64,000 nucleotides of DNA from Tricharina praecox (lineage: Eukaryota). Both the position numbers and the translations under genes were made by a program. Where the stretch lies: assembly GCF_024521635.1 (NCBI RefSeq), contig NW_026250432.1, forward strand, positions 1 through 64,000, written 5' to 3'. How positions within the stretch are numbered: position 1 is the first letter of the stretch; the number at the start of each line of letters is the position of its first letter. The notes under the pieces were generated by a model. It was not told the origin of the DNA. It did no database searches and worked only from the letters and a program-made list of their open reading frames with translations. Positions 49,570 through 63,400 of the stretch are shown piece by piece.

Positions 49570-50296
49570 ATGACGGAGCTCAGCTATACAAAGTCCTTCC
49601 TCTCGATGCTGGCCCAGCGCCCTATTCGCCTGACTCCGGACTACGTTGAAGATCCCCGAAAGCTCCCTGCTCGCAATCCCGTATGCAATACTCTCCCGTT
49701 AACTACATCCCATAGCTAACCCCCGAAGTACACCCTGCCGCGTACACACCCCGAGAAAGCGAAGCGCCAACGTATTACGCACAGCACAAGCGCCAGCGGT
49801 CCGTCTTCACGCCCATTCCCACACATGAAACCATAGCTAACAGGCCTGCCGTCTAGTAACGCTCACGCTCAAACCGCTGCGGCCGAACCCAGCGTTGGCG
49901 CCGCTGACCCTCGCGGGCACTTCGCTCTCCACGACCGTTGCGACACTAAAGGCGAAATACTGCGCGTCGCTTCCCGGGAGCGCCGACCCCTCCAAGCTCA
50001 AGCTGCTTCTGAAGGGAAAGCCGTTGTCCGACGTCAAGACGCTCTCCGAGCTGGGCTTTGCGGATGGCGAGGAGGCGACGATCACGGCGATGTTGATGGC
50101 TGGTGGCGGGGCGTCGGCGGCTCCTACCCCCGTTGCCTCCCCGCCGCCGGCGGAGAAGGAATGTGTTAGGCTGCTCGAACAGGAGGCCTTCTGGAAGGAT
50201 TTGGAGAAGTGGTTGCAGGTCAGGTTGGGAAAGAAGGAGGTCGAGGAGGACCCCAAGGAGGTGCTTGCGGCGTTTAGGAAGGCGTGGAGTTCGTGA
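49570..50296 (+). CDS. GET5: Get5/Mdy2-like ubiquitin-like protein, 2 introns
   Basis: MTELSYTKSFLSMLAQRPIRLTPDYVEDPRKLPARNP|YTLP (Get5 N-terminal motif), UBL KLKLLLKGKPLSDVKTLSE, C-terminal FWKDLEKWLQVRL. Confidence 0.8.
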
Positions 50297-51020
50297 GCGA
50301 GTGGGCGTTTGTTGGCTTTGGCGCACAATCAGTAATGCATGCAATACCTCTTCTTCCCATAGTACCTATATGTTATATCCCCTATCATATGCTATCTCAA
50401 AACCTATTATCTGGGTGTGTGTAAACACTGCCGTACAAGACCACTACGGTCTACGACGAGACTTCGCTATTTGGTATGCACCAGGGCGGGTTGTCGGGAT
50501 GGTTTCCCATCGTCTCATTATCACTCAATATACAACGGCATTGTATCACTCGACACGTAGTGAGCCCTGTATTCCACCGACGGTTCGGTTTCAAGGTCGA
50601 TATCGTCTCATTGACCACCTTCACAACATTTGCCCTTCAGCTCCGAAGCCTGTTGGGCTGTCCCTGAACGCTGACGGGCAGAGGAAACAGATCCTTTGAG
50701 CACCGTACAGCAAAGCGCCCACGATAAAGTTCCCGCCGTGGGAACGACCGATGTCTCCACACGAACAGGCCATGTCCTGTAACCCTAGCCCACCCAGAGT
50801 ACCTTCTCCTCTCTTCCGGAGCGTACCGACTGGCCAGAGCTCCCTATCCTAGGGCCTGGCGACACAAACGACGCTAGCCGCCGCAGGCCCGCAGGACCGC
50901 AGCCCCACCTCCATACGGTCTGACAGCTCAGCTCCATTCAGCTCCACCATCTTCAGCGCTCCTCCCCGCCTCCCCCTCCCCACCCCCTCCCTCCCGCCAT
51001 CACCAACCACCACGACGACA

Positions 51021-51756
51021 ATGGGCCTCATCAAATTCCTCTTCAAGAGCGGCTTCTACAGCACGTGCGGTGCGGTCGGGGCGTTCGCAGTGCTGACACG
51101 GAAGTCGCAGTTCACGTCGCTGTCAGAGGCGGACGCATTCAAGGCGGCACACCTGGGCACGTACAATCCGCACGGCAACCCGATGCTGCGCGATCGCTGC
51201 GTGCGCCGTGTACGGTTCGATAAGATACGACCTGAGCTGCTGGAGCAGGAGGGAGCGCTAGTTACGGAATTTTGTAAGGGGATTTGGAGCGGGAAAGGTA
51301 TGTCTGCTTGGAGGGGAAGGGATGGGGGGATGGGGGGCGGAGTTAATACGTGGTGGCTCGGTAGGCTACGAGATCCAGAGGCGCGTGCTGGAGCGGAAGC
51401 ACCATGGCCCGGAAACGGCGGGGCAGCTGTGGGCGCCGGAGCAGCTGGCGGCGTCGGACTACTCTGTCGGCACGCAGATCACGGACCACTTCGAGGTGAT
51501 CGAGAAGACGCCCGAGCGGATCGTTACGAGGTGCGGTGGGTCGCCAAGGACCCGCGGGGTCAGGGCCAACGACGGCATCTTCGAGATGGGCGCGAAGGTT
51601 ATCCCCGAGGAGGGATGTGTCGAGTTTGCCCTCGAGAGTGTCTTCTATCAGGGTCTGGGAAAGACCGCAGAGACAATTCCCACGTGGATGGAGTTCTTGC
51701 ATCAGCAGTATACCAAGGTGTGGATGGAGACGGCGGTGTGGCATTGTATGCGGTAG
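51021..51756 (+). CDS. Conserved fungal hypothetical protein, 1 intron (51298-51364)
   Basis: YNPHGNP..RDRCVRRV...LVTEFCKGIWSGK|GYEIQRRVL...GTQITDHFEV...RCGGSP...LHQQYTKVWME. Confidence 0.75.
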
Positions 51757-53719
51757 GGAGTGGGAGTAATCACCCACTTCACAGCGGGATAGGGGCGAGG
51801 GGAGGGAGGGACATATGTAGGAAGAGGGAGCTTGCCTGGGCGGGAGCGTGTAGCACGCTTAGTGCCAATCATGTTGAATCACTCGCATTTCTCATATCTG
51901 TCGATCACAAAAACATTCGAAACGTCTCGAGCTGCCGATAAATCCGAGGATGCATACCGGATTGCTTGAAAGTGCATGTTGAGCGAGATAGTTAACCCGT
52001 GCGCGTACCTTGTAGGTATATCTAAAGTGGAGACGACGGATGGGGGGCCGACGCCCGGAACACGGAGAGATCTAAGAGGGTGGCGTAACCGGTAATAGGT
52101 GATCGACCAACGTGGACAGACGGGCGGACGGACGGACGGAGGGGGGACGGACTACGGTAGGTACAGGACGGAAGAGCGGGATGGAGCTTTCCATGCGGTT
52201 GGTTTTCGCCATCCACAACATCAGCTCCCCCGGGTTGTCGTTCCGTGTGCCATGTGTATACCGATATCTATGTCGTGCATACGTAGCCCCTGCGAGTACT
52301 AAGAGCTCGTAAATACGGTACCTATTGATGCTGGGCAGTGGGGAGTAGAATAAGTAGAATACTCCAGAAGCTCGCTGACCACGTTTTTGGTGATAGTAGA
52401 AACTAGGTTGCCGGCAAGTTCTCAACACGATGGATTGGGTGTTGACGCGTACGCACAGCTGGCCAGCTGTATGTAGAATAGAGGAGCTCTGGGCAATGGA
52501 TTATGAGAATTCGGTGTTGTGGAGCAAACTCCGCTGGGACCGCCGGCCTTGAAACTCGAAGGCCGAGTGAGTCCTCAGTCTAGACATGTGATATCCATCC
52601 AAAACTAAAGCTAAACCCGGCCGGCACACGCTGAGCTCGGAAGCTCGAGAGTTTTTCCGCGAGTTTTGCGGGTGCCGGAAACTTTTAGCGAAGTTACATG
52701 CCATGGTCTAGAGTAATCAAGGTATTCTAATGAATTGCGTGCTTCGCTCTGGTGATGTTTGGATTTCTCGCCGCGGGTTGAGATTAGTGTTGTAACTTCT
52801 ACCTGCTTTGGAGATGCAAGAACGGTGATGAGACGTTGTGAAGGCGAGGCACGTTGTGAAGGCAAGACACGACAATTTTGGCGAGAAGGAGGCTGGGAAA
52901 ACGTACTTGAGCATCTGTAAACCCAAGAGACCGACCATCTACGGATTGTAATGTCGGGCGCGGGGACACGCAAAGTGGTTGCTCTTCCAAGGTCTATTTT
53001 CTCTCAATAATCTCTACAATCTCGGAGGGAAAGTTGTGAGGCGGATCACTTCATACCTTACGGATATAAGCTCTCGTCCATTATGGCCATGTCCCAATGC
53101 ATTCGCGCGTTGGGTCCAGGCCAGCCGAGGACGCCCACTTTTCAGATACTTTGGGGGAGATCTCTCTCTTCTCTTAAGGAAATCCTGTAGGAATCGCGAG
53201 AAGCTGCTGCTTCTGGGATGATCTGTAAGGTTAATTGGTTTAGTTATCAGAAGTATGAAGTATGTACCATGTGTATTCCTCACAGCGCCCAGATGCAAAA
53301 ACAACAACAGTCAGACGGATGCGAGCGTCACTACATATAATAACACGAGAAAGCCATATATACCGTACCGCTGGTGCAATCCCGTCCACACTGCACGGAC
53401 CAAATGTGGCTTTCGTGAAAACCTGATACTGAACTTCAACAACGAACCTGACTTCGAGGACAGAAACAAGGCGGCGTTCTGCCCTTCACTGTTGATGTGC
53501 AAGAGGGAGGAATAATACGTCCTTGCCGTCGTCGTCGTCGCGAAGGATGTGTCTAGATCCACGGTACGCATACAAACTACAAACTGTGAGTCGAACAGTC
53601 GCCAGCCACCACCCGATTGGGTAATGGCAAGACACCGCATCGTTACTTCAGTCTTGTTTCGTTGGGCTGAATATCCAGATCGAGAAGTGTAGTGCAGTCT
53701 GTCGACCTGGAGGCTGGTG

Positions 53720-53760
53720 GAGTGCCAGAGTGCCAGAGTGCCAGAGTGCCAGAGTGCCAG
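53720..53760. repeat. (GAGTGCCA)x5 minisatellite
   Basis: Read directly. Confidence 0.9.
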
Positions 53761-55710
53761 AACGGAATCCTGAACGGAAATCTGAACGAGCAAACGTCCG
53801 GACGCCGGAGGCTCCATCCGAGTTCTGGAGAGTGTTGCTGATGCATAACGACGTGGCTAACCTAACCCTTAGCTACCCTTAACTATTCTCACTGGTGCTC
53901 ACTCGTAAAAATCACCAGCACCGACCGAATGATGAATCGTCTTTTGTACCGGTATTGTGTGCGGCAACAGCGCGTGATGCTAGTATATACATAGAGTACA
54001 AAAGCTTAGCCCAACCCGATGAGTTCCCCAATTTCTCTTGCGAGAACCTCAAACTGGCGTCTGTGCCTGTGCCTGTGCCGGGGTCCCCTATCTTCTGCGT
54101 CGTTGATTCTCCGGTGGACTGTGGTCCCACGAAGCACGACAGTGGTGCGGGGCGCCTGGCCGAGATGAGGGCGCAACTAGAGCGTAACTAGAGTGTAACT
54201 ATAGAGTATAAAAGTAGAGCCACCTCTGACGACATCACGTCACACAATGTCTACATATACGTAGTATCGGAAGCTGTGCTGCTGCTGCGCAAATTGTAAT
54301 GAGAACTTGGAAGCTTCGTGGCTGGAAAGTTGAGAGACGGTTGCGAGGCCGAGGAATGCTCGCGTATGTCAATACGCACAGCACAGCAAATCTGTTCCGT
54401 GGGCTTTCTCCAGTAAGTTGGCACCACACGTCGGGAGCGGATCGCGTGAAGCTTTCCGCGGGTGCGGAAGACGGCCGGTCCACGGAGGTTGCCAGGGAGG
54501 CGAGAGAGAGAAGGAAGAAGACTACAAATGATTTTGTCTGTTAGCTTGGATTCAGCCCGACTATCATCGAAAAGAGTCGAAAATCTTTATACCCAAGTGA
54601 AGCCGTGGCTTAAGCGCCTTTTTTTCTTCTTTCCCAAGGCGAAAATCAATTCAAGCCCTGCGATGTCGCATGTCGCTTAGAGGTCAGTTTAGTGCGTGGA
54701 CTCTGGAAAAACCAGGGGCTCGACCGTGATCATCACGGTCTGCAGGGCCTGACAGGCCATCACACGTGATTGAATTCCCCAGTGCACGCACCATGTAACT
54801 TCTTTGCTTTGTAGAGTTTGGAGTGGGTACATGCTTCTTGCTTATACTGTATTACCGGTAGTAGAGTAATGGTATTCATGCTTCTTTTCTCTCGAGGGTA
54901 GCGGTCATGTCGTAGAATAGTTATCGGTCTCGGTTTCATGGCACCGACGGGGACCATCGCATATGGCAGGTTTCTTCGCCATCGAAATTGACCTCGACCA
55001 TTGCGGTAAGGCGCCGGTGGCTGCTGTTGTGTTGCTTTTGTTGTTGCGGTTGCTGTTGTTGTTGTCTTAGCGGCCCCCCAACCGCCCAAGTGCTGTTGGA
55101 TGTGTGCACGAAAGAACGCCCAGGCCTGAAGAGTCTTCGAGCCGATGCCGTCTGCAGTGTAGATTCTGCATGTATGATAACTATTTTCTTCACTGTCGGA
55201 TCTGAAACATGGGTGCTCTTGATGTGCACCCTAGATGGCAGACCACTCTAGCCATCCGACTAAGTGTGGATCATGCCGCCTGCCGTCAATCGTCGACAGG
55301 CCCTTTTCGCAGCAGCTGCAGGTACCAGTCCACTGTCCACTGGTCACTGTCCGCTACCTTTGGTACTACGCACTCGAAATGTTTGCTTCTTCGGGCTTTC
55401 GGCAGAACGAGCGAGCTCACTCCTTTCCTTCAACTTCACCGGCCCCCTCCACTCTTGCTCCTTCCTTCTCCTCCCCAGCTCCATAAAACCCTCCCGTCCG
55501 CTCTTTCTAGCTTTGGCAAAGCAGCATCCACGGTCTCTACCAAAACACAATCCCCCCCACTCACGCTCTCTTCGTCCACATTTCGAGTCCAATTGGTAGC
55601 AGCTCTCCTTTGCTGTTCAATCGTCTCGGTTTTATCGGTCACCACCTGCTCATTCAGAGTCCCGTTGCAAATCAAAAACCAAACGAAAACCAACAAGATT
55701 CACAACGACA

Positions 55711-57066
55711 ATGCGTTACTGCGCAAATCTCCTCTCGGTCGTTCTCGCTTTCCTGACGGCGGGATCGACAGTCTCCGCCCAGAACTACGGCAATGGTTGC
55801 AAGACCATTAACTCCATCTCCTACTGTGAGGCCGTCCAGGGCATCGCCTATAACGACATCAGCGGATCCGGAACGTACGATGATGTCTCCCGCATGGACG
55901 CTGCAACTTGCAAGTGTGATACGAAACCTAAGGCCTACAACGGAGCTATGGCACCTTTGGATGAGCAGGTATATAACCGTTCTCAATCGTCAACATCCTT
56001 TGATATCACTCGGTCGCTAATATCTTTCCCCGAATAGCTCTCCCTGCACTTTCGTGGCCCATTAGCTCTCAAGCAGTTTGCGGTGTACTACCCAAGCTCT
56101 TCAGCCCAGGGTAAGCGTAAAGCGAAGCGTGCCACCCACCTCCAGAAGCATGCTCGTAACGACAGGAAGCATGGACATGGCCACAGGAAGCCTCACAGGA
56201 AGGCCGCTTCCGGGAATATGGTCCGCACTGCGTACTACGACTCCAAGAAGGGAACTGCCGATGGACTCGTCTTCATGAACCACAAGGGCGGAGATGGCTC
56301 CGGTGTCTTCGACCAGTACGTATCCCTGCATGTGCACGCTTGTTGAAGGACTATCGACTGATTATACCCCACTACAGCTGTTGGGGAAATTCGCTGTCCT
56401 ACATGAGCCCGAACTGTAAGTCCGGCTCCGCTAAGCCCCAGATCCTTAGCGATATCACCATGCCTTCCAACACCGAGTTCGTGATTTTCTCCGACGAGAA
56501 GTGTGATGGCGACTGTGGTTACTCCCGTCCGGGCATTCCGGCTCATCGTAAGAAGCTTCCCGCTCCGTCACTTTGTTTGTGAGCGTCTCCATACTGACAC
56601 GTACATACTAGGTGGTTTCGATGGTAAGAACAAGATCTTCATGTTTGAGTTCCAGATGCCCAGGGATACCTCAGGTAGCTTCAATCAGAATATGCCTTCC
56701 ATCTGGGCTCTTAACGCCAAGATCCCCCGCACTGCTCAGTACGGTTCGTGCTCTTGCTGGGGCTCCGGCTGCGGCGAGTTCGACATGTTCGAGGTCCTGG
56801 AGGACGCCCACGACTACGTCAAGTCCCACTACCATGCCGCCCAGGGCGCTGTCTCCGGCAACAAGGGCGGAGGTGGTGCCCCCGACTACTTCAAGCGCCC
56901 CTACGACAAGACCATCAAGGCTGCCGCCATCTTCGACGAGCGGGGTACCGTCACCGTCAAGATCCTGGATGACGCGGTCCAGTTCGGCCGTGCCCTCGAT
57001 CCCAAGGTTCTCGGCGAGAACGCCAGGCCCAGCGGCAAGATATCCACCTACAATGTTCCTAAGTAA
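55711..57066 (+). CDS. Secreted TOS1/PGA52-like cell-wall protein (DUF2403 plus DUF2401), 3 introns
   Basis: Signal peptide, then GAMAPLDEQ|LSLHFRGPLALKQFAVY, WGNSLSY, KIFMFEFQMP, MPSIWALNAKIPRTAQYGSCSCWGSGCGEFDMFE, YFKRP. Confidence 0.88.
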
Positions 57067-58099
57067 ATTCGATTTGCTTCATGGTCCGGGGGGTCATGAG
57101 TGATTCTTTACTGTTCATGTAGATGTTTATGTTTCAGGCGCCAGGTTTTCATTTCTGCCATATACTTTGGGCGGGGGAATCTTTCCAGTTTTTGTGTCGT
57201 TTTTGCGTGGTCTTGTTTTGCCTTATCCCCGCGTGTACCTACTCTGCACCTTTGGGAGTCCGTGGGTGTGTGGGTGAGTGGGTGGGAACCGTTTTGTAAG
57301 AGGAATGGATGGGATCGACTCGGATTGCAATTCTTTGTCGGTTGTTTTTTTTCCTTCTGTTTTTTTCTTTTTCTTCCGTCTCGTGTCTGGGATGGGGGAC
57401 GGGAACGGGGAGTGGATGAGCTTCGGTTTCTTGTGCAATACATTGCCAGTCGACCGAGCAAGTATCCTTGATGGTGGGGAGCGTGTGCATGTCGCGAATG
57501 TTCAGAGTGATAGTTGTTTTAATGCACTTTTTTATTATTATTCCTGGTTCTTGATTGTGGATTGTGGATTGTGGAGATGAGTGAATGGCTAGTTGAGAAT
57601 TACTCGACACGCATCACTCATTCCGGGATTTGCTGGTAGGTGTGCACGTGGGCGACTGGAGGAATGGAGAATAAACCGGCACGCAGGTACGTTTCCGATA
57701 TCGCGGTAGTCACATCTGGGTATGTACGCAGGGTGCGGCGTGTCCCATCGAGAAGAGATAGTGAAGCATGGGATATCACGTGAATGGATGGTCGGGGGCG
57801 ACGGAGGGGGGGTTCTCGACGATGCGTGTTGAGACTCAATAGCCCGTAAGCCTGTAAGCTCCTTGGAAGGGAGTTTTAGGTAATTGGCTACCTCAGGCGT
57901 GCGGAATTCATATTGCTACATGGATATACCATACTTCACGTTTCATAGAGTCGATCGACAGAGTGCTCGTCTTGACCGCAGGCATCATAGAAGTACAAGG
58001 CAGAGTGATGACTAGAGCCTATGTGCTTCACGAATCATGATTCGGCAGATGCACATCGCCGCTCATGGATGAGGGCTTATATGACGACATATGCCCCCG

Positions 58100-58628
58100 C
58101 ATTGCGGTTCATCCTGCGGCACCAAGTGCAGCCATGGCACCCGTCGTCGACGCTGGTGCACGAAGCGGCGCTGGCGGTGGGGCGGCTGGCGCCACAGGGG
58201 CTCCTCGCGTTCGCGGTGGCGCTGATGCAGCGCCAGACGGAGTACTTCGACGTCGCGGTGGTCGGTGAGACCCGGAACCAGACGTATGGACGGCTCGCGA
58301 AGCTGGCGGAGGACGTCGCGGGCGTGCGCGCTGACGATATTCTCGACTTGCTGCGGATCTCGGATACGCCCTGCGAGGGGTACGGCGCGTTGAATGTTGG
58401 GAATCAGGTGGGATGCTGCCGTGGATGCGGCTAGTGCTCCGGTCTGGTGCTGATTGGTGCCCGGCGGGATAGGTCACGGATGATCTGAAGATTCACATCA
58501 AGGCGGCGCGTCTGCTCGGCATCCATGTCAGTCCTACGGTGGTCGTCGATGGCATCGTGGAGAATTCAATTTCTTCGGGCTGGACGAAGGAGCAGTGGGT
58601 TGAGTGGCTGGATAAGATTGTGGTTTGA
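58100..58628 (+). pseudogene. 5'-truncated DsbA/thioredoxin-fold gene fragment (intron 58409-58472)
   Basis: LRFILRHQVQPWHPSSTLVHEAALAV...FDVAVVGETRNQTY..LNVGNQ|VTDDLKIHIKAARLLGIHVSPTVVVDG..ISSGWTKEQWVEWL*. The family's N-terminal YLDYVCP-type active-site segment was not found upstream. Confidence 0.6.
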
Positions 58629-60494
58629 TTGGATGCGGTTATTCCGTTTGGGTTCTACCATAGCAATCAACTGCTACTCTGAAGGCCTGCTCCATAATGC
58701 GAGCAGACTCCAACTACCTATGATCGAGTACCTCGATACGGTACTCTACAGCGATGTATAATTTGGTTACTAGCCGTGAGGTATTCCGCGTAAAGTGGCA
58801 ACCACAAAGGACGGGTCAGCACTCTAGGCTGGGTGGGATTGACTGCCACGTTACGAATGATAACCGAGTAATCTCACCCAATTGATTGTCATCGACTTTT
58901 ATTAAGTCCCCATGGGAAACACCAACACAGAAGTAAACAAATACATACTTCCACGCTGATGGCCGACGACCCAAGAATCGCTGGAGGCTCAATCCATAGG
59001 AATTACCAACCGATAGTGTCTGGCTCAATATCCGTCCATGCTCTATGGAAGCTGGCACTGGGAACTGGTGTTTTTTTTCCCTCTTTTTTTTTCTTCTTCG
59101 GGGGCTTGATCATCTACCATTGGAAAAGAGGGGTCGTCTGCGCCTCTTGCAGGCGAGACAGAGCGCACGTCTGGATTCATGCCAGCAACTATGGAGTAGC
59201 CATGTAGCAGAGAGAGTTCTGCCACAACACCCGTGTCACCGCACAAACTCCTCCACTGGTTCGGAGACCGACGATACACCACAGCAACAGGATGCTTTTC
59301 TTTCTTTCTCTAACTATCTCGGAAACCCGAGACTACAGGGACTTTGGAGCGTGTCAATCCGGAGTACCTATCACGCTCCAACTCGCAGTTTTATCGGCGG
59401 TGCTGAAGGGAGATTGTTTTTCTCCAGACCTGTGTCTCCTGCCGAGAAGATCACGAGATGGAACTCCCTTAAAGCCACTACCTACCTAGGTATGTTTTAG
59501 TTTCCGGTATGGTACTTATGAGCTTGAAATGGATCCAGTACATACGGTCGTGGGTGATGCGTGATGTGTGGGGGGGGGGGGGGGGGGTGTTAAGCATGCT
59601 GTCGAAATCGAGGGAAAAAAGCCGAACGAAATGTCAAATGTCGGTGGATGAGCAAAATGCTGGCCTGTCAACGCATGAATCCAACGGATTTAAGCCTTGC
59701 TGTGCGGAGGGAAAGCTCTCGTTTGCCGAGAGCTGACCACATGCCACGTCAGCCCGCAGCGAGCCAATTGGACACTGACACTGCACGTAACGATGTGTCC
59801 AGACTCCACTGACAGGTCGAACTCAGACTTTCGAGTCTCAAGACTCAGAGACCTCCCGCGCCGTGGCGCAAATAAAAGCAAAGCACAGACTGACAAACGA
59901 CCGCCACACGGGACCGTGTCCTTCCCCGCACAGCCATACTGCGCCACAGCACTTACAACTCACTGCGGCTCTGTACGGCGGGGCTCTGCCGCAGCAAAAA
60001 AAAAGGCAGATTATGGATTGAAAACCTGGAATAAGGAAGATTCCTGCCCATACGTTTGTACGAATGCGTGATTTTACTCATGTTGCTGATGTCGATGCTG
60101 GGCTGCCAAGTCTGGAGGCGGGCAAGTCCACGTTGAACTCTCCGCCCACGGCCACGGCACGCATGCGAGGACAAGCATAGCTCAGAGCGTGGCTCTGCCA
60201 ACCAATTGGCAGTGTTCCACATATATACATCTAACTTTATGTTGAGGGCTGCGACTGTCCACATCGGATGACCAGGATCCTGCAACGGAAAGGAATGCTA
60301 TCGCACTGATCTGCTGGTTGGGGCAGCGACCGGCAATAGCCCCCCCGTATGTAGAGCTCACAGTAGCTCTGTGCTTCGAGGCCCAGGAAAGAGTGTCGCC
60401 GGCTTTGAACAGTTTAAATGCAGAGTATGGCCTCGTTGCTTAGAGATTCACTACACCGGACCCGCTGCAGCGTTTGACCAGACTCAGTGTTACA

Positions 60495-63400
60495 ATGTCC
60501 AGTGAAAGTCCCCGTTCAAAGGAGGTTCAAGTGGAAGTCCGGATTGGAGCAATGCCGGGTTTGCAGATTCGAACGAAGGAAAAACTTCATGCTGCGTTCG
60601 AGAAGATCGACGAGAATCCCACGGTGAGTGTCATACCACACGACGTTCGTTCATTTAGATGTCGTGACGTCTGATGATACAACCCGCAGAACGATCCAGT
60701 GACTTTCTGGTGAGTGCAAAAAAAAACACCCGAGTAAACCATCGATGGCTTCTGATGGACTTTGCAGCTACGACGAAACAAATATCCGGCCCGATATCTT
60801 GATTGTACTATCGGCGGAGCTCTCCCGGAGGGTACTAAACAACTACAAAGGAGTTTTTCTTCCCGGAATCAAACTCCCGGACAAGGCGGAGACAAATTTT
60901 TTAGCAAAGCACAATGCCGCCGAATGCACCGTTTGTCCCGGGACGGATTTTTGTGGTCTGCAATCCCTTGCCACCTTGTACGCAACATGCTTGCTGCAGT
61001 ACTGACAATGACACAGACCATGTCGGTTTCTGGTCCCAAATACCGCGTCTGAAGGTATCAGGTTAGCACTCTCCGTTTACCTCCATATCAGCCCGACAAT
61101 ACTGACTCCTTGATTAGAGGTAACAGGCAACGCCGAACGAACTCGTCAGAACATTGAGGATAAACAAAGGATGGAGTTCATAGAAAAGGACGTCGCGTTT
61201 ACGTTTCACACTAGGTAAGTTCTGTTGGCCAGACCGCAAAGGCTATCGAATCAACACTCATAATCCGCACAGCGAAGGGTCCCGCACATACATTCGTACG
61301 CATGCATGGTTCTACATTCTGACTGATGTCCATAACCGTATCTTCGCATTCACAAACGTTTCCACCACTACCGTACCGGAAACTCCTACTGGATGGTTGA
61401 GAGCCTCTCTCGAGGAGATCTGCGACGGATGGGAGGACGTTATCGCAGAATGTGAACAACAGGTCGCCTTCGCAGTACGTATGATCCGTGCGCAAAACTA
61501 TTTCCACTCGGGCTAACCTTTGCAGAGCAAACAGATAGTCCCCGGAGAGCCCGAAGGGCCGGAAGAGAGGTCTGCAATTTCACGTGTAGGAGCGATGTTA
61601 GGCCACTCTGGTAGCCAATCACGTACACGGGAGAGTTTACCGGCACAGTTTTTGCGGTCCTTGACCAAAGTAGCCGATATTTCCGGTCGTCTGGACGCCG
61701 CACATAGGGAACAACAACGAGGAGTGGCCATGATGATCAAGGCTGGCGGTCACCGATGGCCAACACGTCGCGCGCAAAATAACAGAACTGCACCCATTCA
61801 TCATCCATCTCTTGGGCAATCCGGGGGGAGAACGACTGGATTGCAACCAACCATCGGCAATGACACTGAATTGGAAGAAGTTCTACAACGTTTCAAGATT
61901 GTGTTTGACGGCAGTGGGTTGGTTAAGAAGGTCGATGATCTTTTTCAAAGGGTATGTCTTCGGTCACTTTTAGTGGGTACCTGATTTTTGACTCAATCAG
62001 GCTACGAATATCATGTCCATCGACGAAGCGCATAAGGCTCGGGAGCAGGGGGCGAGCATGCGGAGGCTGTCCTGGGTAACAGTAGGTTCCGCCGGTGAAT
62101 GTATTTCCGCAATGACGCTGACGGTTTTCAGTTTATATTTTTACCCCTCCTCTTCGTGGCGGTAAGTGGCCTTGAATGCGAAATTTTACCCATCCGCTAA
62201 TAATCATGCTAGAGTTTATACGGTATGAATGTGGGTATTCCGATACACCCCCTCACCCCCTCCGAACAACATTGCTAACCTGTAGATTAGGTGGATGCTA
62301 CCGAAAACAACCCAACATGGACGACCTTCTTCTACATCGCCGTACCAGTTTTTACCGTCGTTATGTTGAGTGTGTTGATACTTAAGTTCCGCAAGGGGCT
62401 CCGGAGTTTCTTACCCAACCCAGCAATCCGCACGAAACGCAACCAGAATAACGGCGGCGACATAGAGAATCAGAAGGCCGAACTTCACAGCATGAGCATC
62501 CCCTTGATCTCAGCGATCGAGCAAGATATGGTCGCCGTCGTCGAGCAGTATCTTGTCGAGCGGAGTGACATCGATAGAGACATTCCCGAACGCGGGAATG
62601 CACTACAATGTGCGTTGATTGCGGGAAGTTTGGGTGTGACTACCCTTCTTCTGGAAAAGAAAGCGGATGTCAATGCAGCGCCAGGACCATACCGCGGCGG
62701 AAGAACCGCCCTCCAAGCAGCATCGGAAGGACGCCACCTTGAAGTGGTGGATCGACTCTTGGAGAAGGGGGCCGATGTCAACGCAGATCCAGCACGTCAT
62801 TCCGGAAGAACCGCCCTACAAGCAGCATCGGAAGGAGGCCACCTTGAAGTGGTGGATCGACTCTTGGAGAAGGGGGCTGATGTCAACGCAGATCCAGCAG
62901 GTCATTCCGGAAGAACCGCCCTACAAGCAGCATCGCAAGGAGGCCACCTTGAAGTGGTGGATCGACTCTTGGAGAAGGGGGCCACTGTCAACGCAGCGCC
63001 AGCAAGATTTTCCGGAAGAACCGCCCTACAAGCAGCATCGGAAGGAGGCCACCTTGGAGTGGTGGATCGACTCTTGGAGAAGGGGGCCGATGTCAACGCA
63101 GATCCAGCACATGGTTCCGGAAGAACCGCCCTACAAGCAGCATCGGAAGGAGGCCACCTTGGAGTGGTGGATCGACTCTTGGAGAAGGGGGCCGATGTCA
63201 ACGCAGATCCAGCATTTGATTCCGGAAGAACCGCCCTACAAGCAGCATCGGAAGCAGGCCACCTTGGAGTGGTGGATCGACTCTTGGAGAAGGGGGCCAC
63301 TGTCAACGCAGATCCAGCATTTGATTCCGGAAGAACCGCCCTACAAGCAGCATCGGAAGGAGGCCACCTTGGAGTGGTGGATCGACTCTTGGAGAAGGGG

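Noticed and set aside
52000..55200. Possible gene or transposon relic in a 3-kb gene-free stretch, including a 9-bp-arm palindrome at 54722-54740
   Set aside because: No recognisable protein motifs, TIRs or LTRs; a single short palindrome is not significant.
59568..59588. Poly-G run of about 20 nt
   Set aside because: It is a simple homopolymer of uncertain length with no evidence of function.
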